This document shows, one piece after another, positions 56,927-64,000 of a stretch of 64,000 nt of DNA (its first letter is position 1; each line of letters begins with the position of its first letter). The notes beneath the pieces were generated by a model. The model ran no database searches, was not told where the DNA came from, and worked only from the letters and a program-made list of their open reading frames with translations. The DNA is from Patescibacteria group bacterium (GTDB lineage Bacteria; Patescibacteriota; Patescibacteriia; Buchananbacterales; UBA6539): the NCBI GenBank assembly GCA_041662625.1, contig JBAZSB010000001.1, forward strand, positions 246,467 through 310,466. The letters are read 5' to 3'. A program made the position numbers and the translations under genes.

Positions 56927-57862
56927 TCACTTTAAAATCTCTTTAATGTCTTTAATGCTTTCGACTCTAACCAACCTTTGGCGCAAATCCGCCGCACCGG
57001 GGAAACCCTTGGCATAGTAAGCCAGATGTTTTCTGGTTTCAATAATCCCCCACTTCCCTTTGGTTTTTTCGGCCAACCTCGCATGTTTAATGGCCACTTT
57101 TTTTATATCTTTGAAGTCTAATTCGTGATAATTACCTTTTTTTAAAAAATCCTTGATTTGTTTAAACAGCCAAGGCTTGCCATAAAGCCCGCGGGCCAAA
57201 CCCACTCCATCAACGCCAGTTTTTTCCAGCATCAGTTTAGCGTCTTCAGGCCTATTAATCCCGCCATTGCCTAAAACAATGCCGGAAAAATTAACTTTTA
57301 CTTTTCTAATCATTTCATAATCAATCGGCGCCGAGTAAGGATTTTTGAAAGGCCGGCCGTGAATCATAACGGCGGCTAATCGCAGATCGCTAATCGCTTT
57401 AATAAAATCCAAGGCAGTAACTTTATCATATCCCGAACGAATCTTAACTGAAACTGGCAAGCTGGTATTCTCTAGCACTACTTGGATTAGTTTGCGGCAA
57501 TGCTTTAAATCACGCATCATGGTTACGCCACCGCCGTGCGCCACAACTTTTCTGGCCGGACAGCCGAAATTCAAATCAATCCCATCAAAGCCGGCTTTTT
57601 GGACAATCTTTGCCGCTTTAGCAAACATTTCTGGCCGCTTACCAAAAAGCTGGCAGACAATAGGTTTTTCTGCCTTTTTAAACTTTAGTAATTCTAAAGT
57701 TTTTTTAGCATCATAATGCAAACCGTCAGCGGAAATCATTTCAGTGTAAACTACATCCGCGCCAAAAGACTTGCAAAGCTGACGGAAAGCTGAGTCAGAA
57801 ACACCCGCCATTGGGGCGAGCGCTAAAATTGGCTTATGAAGTTTTAACCAGAAGTTATTCAT
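56927..57862 (-). CDS. dusB: tRNA-dihydrouridine synthase
   Basis: LAPMAG, DLNFGCP, SVKIR, IHGR, GNGG. Confidence 0.92.
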   Translation of the reverse strand: MNNFWLKLHKPILALAPMAGVSDSAFRQLCKSFGADVVYTEMISADGLHYDAKKTLELLKFKKAEKPIVCQLFGKRPEMFAKAAKIVQKAGFDGIDLNFGCPARKVVAHGGGVTMMRDLKHCRKLIQVVLENTSLPVSVKIRSGYDKVTALDFIKAISDLRLAAVMIHGRPFKNPYSAPIDYEMIRKVKVNFSGIVLGNGGINRPEDAKLMLEKTGVDGVGLARGLYGKPWLFKQIKDFLKKGNYHELDFKDIKKVAIKHARLAEKTKGKWGIIETRKHLAYYAKGFPGAADLRQRLVRVESIKDIKEILK

Positions 57863-57879
57863 ATTCTTACTTTTTCTTT

Positions 57880-57944
57880 GTCACCCTAAATTTAATTCAG
57901 GGTCTCATTAATATAATGAGATTCCGGATTAAATCCGGAATGAC
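57880..57944. repeat. REP/RPE-like double palindrome
   Basis: GTCACCCTAAATTTAATTCAGGGTCT..AGATTCCGGATTAAATCCGGAATGAC. Confidence 0.7.
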
Positions 57945-57954
57945 AATAGTAAGA

Positions 57955-59082
57955 CTATTTTTCATTAATCTTATTATAAACAAAATCAGCTAAATCAGTA
58001 GCAGAATTTGGTTTACCAATCTTTTTTGCCGCTTCTTTCATGGCCGAAATCTTTTCTGGATTGTTAAGCAATTCATTAACGACACCGGCCACTTCGGAAA
58101 AATTACTGACTTTTACCGCCGCGCCTTTGCTGACTAAATAATTAACGTTATCTTCCTCCTGACCCGGGATCACTTTGTTAATTATCATTGGCAGGCCTTT
58201 GGCCATGCATTCCGAAACGGTCAGGCCGCCGGCTTTGGAAAAAATAACATCAGAAACCGTCATTAATTCATGCATGTTATCAATAAAACCAAAAACCTTA
58301 GTATTGGAATCACCGTCTAAGTTTGAATTTTCAATCGCGGTTTTTAATTCCTTATCTCGGCCAGCCACCACTAAAAATTGGACCTTATCTTTATTCGCTT
58401 TTTGGACTCCGCCAATTACCTTTTGTAAGGCGGCAAAAGTGAACTGGCCGCCGACAATCAACATGGTAAATAAATTGGGATCCAGACCGAATTTTTTCAT
58501 TAACTCGGGTTTAGAGAAATTTTGGCTGAATTTAAGCTCAATTGGAATTCCAGTCACCACCATTTTATTTGGCACGGCATCATAATTTTGCAGACATTTG
58601 GCAACGTCTTGGGTGGCCACAAAATAATAATTTACCTCGGGATCAACCCAAAAACTGTGGCAGCCAAAATCAGTCACGACCATCGAGGACAAAATATCAA
58701 TTATATCTTTTCTTTTAGAGCTGGAAACCAATATCATTGGTAAAGGATGGGTGGAAACAATGAAATCGGGGTTAAATTCCTTGATAAACGGAATAAAATT
58801 GCCTTCAATGGCCAGCTTAGACAAGGCAGTGGGCAATTTTTGGCTGGATTTTTTATTAAAAGTCCGGTACAACCAACCCCAAAGCTCCGGCTTTTTGGCG
58901 CTGACATAATTATAACCATCAACAAAAACTTTCTTGTAGAGCTTGGCAGCATAATCAATCACATCAACTCGCTTAACTTCCACTTCCGGATATTTATTTT
59001 TGAAAGCCTCTTCAACGGCTTTCGCCGCGGTGACATGGCCCATGCCACCAGTGGCATATACGATTAAGACTTTTTTTGGCAT
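57955..59082 (-). CDS. MGDG synthase/UgtP-like GT28 glycosyltransferase
   Basis: GMGH, STHP, VVTDF, KAGGLT, PGQEEDN. Confidence 0.92.
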   Translation of the reverse strand: MPKKVLIVYATGGMGHVTAAKAVEEAFKNKYPEVEVKRVDVIDYAAKLYKKVFVDGYNYVSAKKPELWGWLYRTFNKKSSQKLPTALSKLAIEGNFIPFIKEFNPDFIVSTHPLPMILVSSSKRKDIIDILSSMVVTDFGCHSFWVDPEVNYYFVATQDVAKCLQNYDAVPNKMVVTGIPIELKFSQNFSKPELMKKFGLDPNLFTMLIVGGQFTFAALQKVIGGVQKANKDKVQFLVVAGRDKELKTAIENSNLDGDSNTKVFGFIDNMHELMTVSDVIFSKAGGLTVSECMAKGLPMIINKVIPGQEEDNVNYLVSKGAAVKVSNFSEVAGVVNELLNNPEKISAMKEAAKKIGKPNSATDLADFVYNKINEK

Positions 59083-59087
59083 TATAT

Positions 59088-59153
59088 TTAGGAATTAGGA
59101 ATTAGGAATTAGGAATTAGGACCAATTTCCTAACTTCCTAATTCTTAATTCCT
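59088..59153. repeat. (TTAGGAA)n heptamer-array palindrome
   Basis: More than four perfect TTAGGAA units followed by inverted copies. Confidence 0.85.
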
Positions 59154-59156
59154 TAT

Positions 59157-60557
59157 TCACTTCCTTGTCTTGATAACAAAACTATCATTAGCATCCTCAA
59201 CTAAATAACCTTCTAACTCAATTTGTTTGCGTAGATCATCAGCTTTCTGCCAGTCTTTTGACAGCCGAGCTTTTTGCCGCTGCTCGGCAAGATTGATGAC
59301 TTCTTTAGGTACTTCTTTGACTTCAGCTAAATTTAGGCCAAGCACTTGATCAAAATCCAGCAACGTTGCTTTTTTGTCACCAGACTTTTCGCTGCTTCTT
59401 AGTAGATCCCAAACAACTGATAAGGCTTTTGGAATATTAAAATCATCACTCAGAGCAGCAATAAACTTATCTTGATATTCTTTAGCTACTTTGCCCTTAC
59501 CATCTAAAAGTCTGATTTCATTTTGCAGCTGAACTAAAGCATTACTCGCTGACTGTAAAGCCGGCCAAGTAAAATTCTGTTTTGACCGATAATGGGCCTG
59601 CAAAAAAAAGTAACGCAGCACCAACGGGTCAAAATCTTTATCTCTAATTTCCTGCAAAGAATAACTGGTGCCGGCAGATTTTGACATCTTACCGCCATCA
59701 ACAGTCAAGTGCTCATTGTGTAACCAGTAGTTAACGAATTTTTTGCCACTTGCCGCTTCGCTTTGAGCGATTTCGTTAGTGTGGTGAACCGGAATATGCT
59801 CAATGCCGCCCATATGAATATCTAAAGTGTCGCCCAAGTATTTCTGCGACATGGCTGAGCATTCAATATGCCAGCCGGGAAAACCTTCACCGTCTTTAAC
59901 CAAAGCAGAATTAAACGGACTGGGCCAAGTCTGCAAAGCGTTTTTATGCACGCCGGCTTTAAAAAACCACAAAGCAAAATCCGCCGGGTGCTTCTTGGCT
60001 GGATCGCTGACTTCGCCTTTACCGGCATCGCTGATATTTTTTTCCAAATCCTGGCCGGAAAGCTGGTTATAATTTTTTGCCTTACTGACGTCAAAATAAA
60101 CTGCTAAATCGGTCTGATAAGCATAGCCATTATCTAGAAGCATCTGCACCATTTTTATCATTTCTTTAATATGCTTGGTAGCCACTGGTTTTTTCCAGGG
60201 TTCTAAAACATTTAAATCTTTAACATCTTGCTCAAAAACTTTTGTGTACTTGGCGGCGATTTCTTCTGGCGTTTTGCCTTCACGCCTTGCCCCTTTTTCC
60301 AATTTATCTTCGCCTAAATCTTGATCACTGGTTAAATGGCCGACATCCGTGTAATTCCTGACAAATTTTACTTTATAGCCTAAGTAATCCAATGACCGCA
60401 CCATCAAATCCGCTAAAACCATGGCCCGCATATTGCCGATATGCTGGGTCCAGTAAACCGTAGGCCCGCACTGATAAAAAGTGACCACTTTATCTTTAAG
60501 CGGCTTAAATTCTTCTTTTTTACGAGCCAGGGTATTATATAAAAATAATTTTTCCAT
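59157..60557 (-). CDS. cysS: Cysteine-tRNA ligase
   Basis: CGPTVY..HIGN, PGWHIECS, KMSKS. Confidence 0.97.
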   Translation of the reverse strand: MEKLFLYNTLARKKEEFKPLKDKVVTFYQCGPTVYWTQHIGNMRAMVLADLMVRSLDYLGYKVKFVRNYTDVGHLTSDQDLGEDKLEKGARREGKTPEEIAAKYTKVFEQDVKDLNVLEPWKKPVATKHIKEMIKMVQMLLDNGYAYQTDLAVYFDVSKAKNYNQLSGQDLEKNISDAGKGEVSDPAKKHPADFALWFFKAGVHKNALQTWPSPFNSALVKDGEGFPGWHIECSAMSQKYLGDTLDIHMGGIEHIPVHHTNEIAQSEAASGKKFVNYWLHNEHLTVDGGKMSKSAGTSYSLQEIRDKDFDPLVLRYFFLQAHYRSKQNFTWPALQSASNALVQLQNEIRLLDGKGKVAKEYQDKFIAALSDDFNIPKALSVVWDLLRSSEKSGDKKATLLDFDQVLGLNLAEVKEVPKEVINLAEQRQKARLSKDWQKADDLRKQIELEGYLVEDANDSFVIKTRK

Positions 60558-60640
60558 AATTAAATTTTAGCTGTTTTTAAGCTTTTAGGCAAGAAAAAAG
60601 CCCGGCGTTTTGTACCAAGCTAATTTACTTTCTTACTTTC

Positions 60641-61948
60641 TTATCTCACCCACTCTTTATCCTGTCTAACCAGCAATTCTGCTGCTTTCTGCGGTTCAGC
60701 CATTAATTCTTTGACTGCCTTTTCCATCCGCATACCTTGCGAACCTTTAATTAAAAGCAAGTCACCTTCATTAATTCGCTGCTGTAAAAATTTACCAGCT
60801 TCTAAACTATTTGGGAAATTGAAACAGTGATCTTTAGACATTCCTTTTTTGATTGCCCCCCGGACCGTATCACGCGAAATTTCACCAACCGTGATTAAAT
60901 AGTCAATCCCATATTCAACCACAGCTTCGCCAATTTCCTGATGGGCTTGTTCGGCAATTACCCCTAGCTCCAGCATATCCCCTAAAACGGCATACTTTTT
61001 ATGGTGCGAGTTTAAATTGATCTGGCTGAGCTGATACAAAGCCTGGCGCACTGCTAAAGGCGAAGAATTATAAGTATCGTCAATAATCAAAGTATTTTTA
61101 ATGCCTGGAATTATCCGCATCCGGCCAAGAGGTGGTTGGAAGTTTTTTAGGGCCGCAACAATATTGTGTAAATTTAAATTATAAATTATACCAACCGCAA
61201 TCGCTGCTAAAGCTGTGGGAACCAAATGCCGGCCTAAAACTTTGGGTAAAAGTACTGGAACGGTTTTACCTTGATAAACGACTTTAAAACTGATTCCTTG
61301 AATGGTAGAAACATCTTTATAACTAACGTCATGACTGATGGCAATGTCTGAGGCCGAAACATCGGCCTGGGGCAAATTGCCAAAAGTTATCACTTTAGCT
61401 TTGGTTCTTTCCCTCATCGGCTGAACTAACTTATCGTCATAATTTAAAACCGCATAACCGTCTTTGGCCAAATTTTGGATTAACATTCCTTTTTCTTTAG
61501 CAATCATCTCTAAAGTGCCAAAAAATTCTAAATGGACTGGGGCAATTGTCGTTATCACTCCGACTTTGACCGGAACAAAGCTGGTTAAATATTTGATATC
61601 GCCAACTCGGTCTGCCCCCATTTCCAAAACTAAAATTTTTGGATAGTTATTGTCCTTTTTGATTAATAAACCTGCAGCTTTTATAAATACACCAAACCAC
61701 TTAAATGGATTCTTACCACCAGCTTCAGCGCCAATAATTGTTAAAGGAATGCCAATCTCATTATTATAATTTTTTTGGTTCCGCCGGCAATTGAAAGCCG
61801 AGGCTAGTACGGTATAAATTGCTTCTTTAGTTGAAGTTTTGCCAACGCTGCCAGTAATGGCTACAACTTCGGGCTTATATTTATTCAAAATCGCCTTAGC
61901 CAGAAATCTAAGTTTTAGCTCAAGAATTTTCTTAAAAATATTTTTCAT
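60641..61948 (-). CDS. murF: UDP-MurNAc-tripeptide:D-Ala-D-Ala ligase
   Basis: ITGSVGKTSTKE, NNEIG, DDTYNSSP, GDMLELG, KGS. Confidence 0.95.
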   Translation of the reverse strand: MKNIFKKILELKLRFLAKAILNKYKPEVVAITGSVGKTSTKEAIYTVLASAFNCRRNQKNYNNEIGIPLTIIGAEAGGKNPFKWFGVFIKAAGLLIKKDNNYPKILVLEMGADRVGDIKYLTSFVPVKVGVITTIAPVHLEFFGTLEMIAKEKGMLIQNLAKDGYAVLNYDDKLVQPMRERTKAKVITFGNLPQADVSASDIAISHDVSYKDVSTIQGISFKVVYQGKTVPVLLPKVLGRHLVPTALAAIAVGIIYNLNLHNIVAALKNFQPPLGRMRIIPGIKNTLIIDDTYNSSPLAVRQALYQLSQINLNSHHKKYAVLGDMLELGVIAEQAHQEIGEAVVEYGIDYLITVGEISRDTVRGAIKKGMSKDHCFNFPNSLEAGKFLQQRINEGDLLLIKGSQGMRMEKAVKELMAEPQKAAELLVRQDKEWVR

Positions 61949-61957
61949 AGCTTATAG

Positions 61958-63703
61958 CTAATAATCCGGCGGTATCTGATAATAGTTTAACAGAAATTCA
62001 GCAATTTGCCTAAACAACGGCCCTAGGCTATCTGAAGCAAAACCAATCCCTTGCGGATTATTGAGTTTCAGTAGCATGACAAATTTCGGTTTACTTACCG
62101 GCCCATAGCCGATAAAAGTATGGATAGTTTTTCCGCTATAACCGCCGTTTTTCCCAGCCACCTGGGCGGTACCAGTCTTTGCCGCTAAATAATACCCGGC
62201 GACTTTGGCTTTTTTATCATAACCTTTTTCCGTCACTGAAACCAGCATCCCGGTCAGTAAAGCGGCTGACTTTGGCGCCATCACTTGTCTGATTGTCTGA
62301 GGTTGAATCACTTCTTTGGTACCATCAAGCTTGATAATTTCGGAAACAATATAAGGTTTGCTTAAAATGCCATTATTAGCCATGGCGCCATAAGCCGCGA
62401 CTAACTGTAAAGGCGTTATGGTAATCCCTTGACCAAAAGAAGCAGTTAAATAATAAACATCGCCTTTCTTATCTAATTGGGAAATATCACCCGGCACTTC
62501 TTTATCTAAAGTAATGCCGGTATTTTTGCCGAATCCAAAATCATTAACATACTTTCTGAGAGTTTCCTTACCAACTTTTTCCGCGGCAAACATGGCACCG
62601 GTATTAAGTGACTCTTCCAGGACTTCAGTCATGGTTTTAACCCCATGGGCTTTATTGTCAAAATTTCTAATTTTAAAAGGGCCAACTTTGACTTCACCCG
62701 TATCCTCATAAGTAGTGTCCGGAGAAACCTTCCCTGTATCCAAGGCGGCGGCCATCGTGATTGGTTTAAAGACTGAACCAGGTTCGTAATCAGAAAAAAT
62801 CGCCGGGTTGTTTAAATAATTGATATCTTCAACGGCATTATAATTATCCGGGTCAAAATCAGGAAAATTACACATCGCTAAAATTGCCCCCCTTGGTTCC
62901 ATAATAATTACTGTGGCACTCTCCGCTTTGAAATACTCATAAAAGTGTTTAAGTTTCTGGCAGGCAGTGAATTGAACGTGGCGGTCAATGGTTGTAACTA
63001 AATCCACACCGTTTTCTGCTTTTTGAACTGAACGCGGACCAATGGTAATCAAAGAACCCAGGGCATCTTTGACTGACTTAAGTAAACCCGATTTGCCGGA
63101 AAGTTCTTTATTAAAATAACCTTCCAGACCATACTGACCAATTCTTTTATCATTTTCAACACTGACAAACCCAAAAATATGGCCGCCAATCCCCGTCTCC
63201 GGATAAAACCGATATGATTCGGGGGAAAAACCAATGCCGGTTAAATTCAAAGCTTTAATTTGTTCCATCTGCTGTTTAGTTACTTTATGTTTAATTGGTT
63301 CATAGGGGTCATTAGTTTTAGCTAAACGGCCGAGTAAATCCTTCCATTCTTCTTCCTTTAAATCTAAAATTGGCGTAATTGAATCAACAATTTTTTTGGG
63401 GCTTTCAATCTTGACCGGTTCGGCAAAAACCAGATAATAATCCCGATTGGTGACTAGGGGGTAAAGTTCGCCTTGCTCATTAGTATAAATTGATCCCCGG
63501 ACCGGAAATAAATTTTTATAAACTTCCTGTTTGTCTGAAGCCAAAGCCAAATAAAAGGAATTTTGTAATACTTGAAGACTAAATAAGCGTAAAATTATAA
63601 TCAGACCAAAGACAAAAATAAAACCGACTAAAATTAATAGCCGTTTTTCAAAAACTGATGGTAAAACGTCTGGTTTTTGCCGCAGTAAAATTGCCATAAT
63701 CAC
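61958..63703 (-). CDS. ftsI: Class B penicillin-binding protein (FtsI-like)
   Basis: SVFK, SLN, KTGT motifs; lies between the FtsL-like gene and murF. Confidence 0.88.
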   Translation of the reverse strand: MIMAILLRQKPDVLPSVFEKRLLILVGFIFVFGLIIILRLFSLQVLQNSFYLALASDKQEVYKNLFPVRGSIYTNEQGELYPLVTNRDYYLVFAEPVKIESPKKIVDSITPILDLKEEEWKDLLGRLAKTNDPYEPIKHKVTKQQMEQIKALNLTGIGFSPESYRFYPETGIGGHIFGFVSVENDKRIGQYGLEGYFNKELSGKSGLLKSVKDALGSLITIGPRSVQKAENGVDLVTTIDRHVQFTACQKLKHFYEYFKAESATVIIMEPRGAILAMCNFPDFDPDNYNAVEDINYLNNPAIFSDYEPGSVFKPITMAAALDTGKVSPDTTYEDTGEVKVGPFKIRNFDNKAHGVKTMTEVLEESLNTGAMFAAEKVGKETLRKYVNDFGFGKNTGITLDKEVPGDISQLDKKGDVYYLTASFGQGITITPLQLVAAYGAMANNGILSKPYIVSEIIKLDGTKEVIQPQTIRQVMAPKSAALLTGMLVSVTEKGYDKKAKVAGYYLAAKTGTAQVAGKNGGYSGKTIHTFIGYGPVSKPKFVMLLKLNNPQGIGFASDSLGPLFRQIAEFLLNYYQIPPDY

Positions 63704-63770
63704 TAGTAATTATACACTATTAAACCCCGTTAATAAAACGGGGTTTAAATATGAAGTTAAATTGAAAATT

Positions 63771-64000
63771 TTAACGGGCCAAAGCAACCGGTGTGGGCAT
63801 TAAATAAGCTGGCTCACCCGCTGCGACTAACCCAAGCTGACTTACCTTTTCCTGGACTGTTCCCATTGATTGTAAACTTAAAGTCTGAAGCTCCAAATCG
63901 GCTTTTTCTTGATTCAAATCCGTAATTTTGTTTTCCAGTTCTTTAATTTGATAGCCACGAGTAGCCAAACTATTAATTTGGACTAGGTAACTGACTCCGC
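63771..64000 (-). CDS. FtsL-like cell division protein, 5' end outside the window
   Basis: Frame open to the window edge (..GVSYLVQINSLATRGYQIKEL), coiled coil, upstream of ftsI. Confidence 0.65.
   Translation of the reverse strand, partial: GVSYLVQINSLATRGYQIKELENKITDLNQEKADLELQTLSLQSMGTVQEKVSQLGLVAAGEPAYLMPTPVALAR

Noticed and set aside
37822-59153. Short-unit arrays considered as CRISPR
   Set aside because: Units are 7-8 nt with no unique spacers, and no cas genes are present

Overview
AT-rich bacterial chromosome segment whose gene content suggests Patescibacteria/CPR (inferred from the CPR-type VirD4-like ATPase, DUF3048, FtsL-like-ftsI-murF order and scarce Shine-Dalgarno sites; not proven). 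Bases 1-18.3 kb hold the most unusual locus: a minus-strand cluster with signal peptidase SipW, five TasA/CalY-like proteins with SipW-type N-termini (several with different domains inserted at the same position), a donor-strand-less TasA-like membrane protein, a 2072-aa VWA/Cys-rich adhesin and a further surface protein. Three of these share an unnamed three-helix C-terminal anchor, and a ~500-nt structured leader lies upstream. It reads as a modular, membrane-anchored TasA-like filament system. The rest is mostly housekeeping (dnaX, rplY, rodA, typA, hrcA-grpE-hsp20-dnaK-dnaJ with CIRCE, rpmE-prfA-prmC, corA, dus, cysS, murF, ftsI, tRNA-Gln, tRNA-Glu). It is interrupted by GC-richer self-contained gene cassettes, decayed tRNA copies broken by hairpins and several short palindromic or tandem repeat families. 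All family assignments are by-eye motif recognition; no searches were run.
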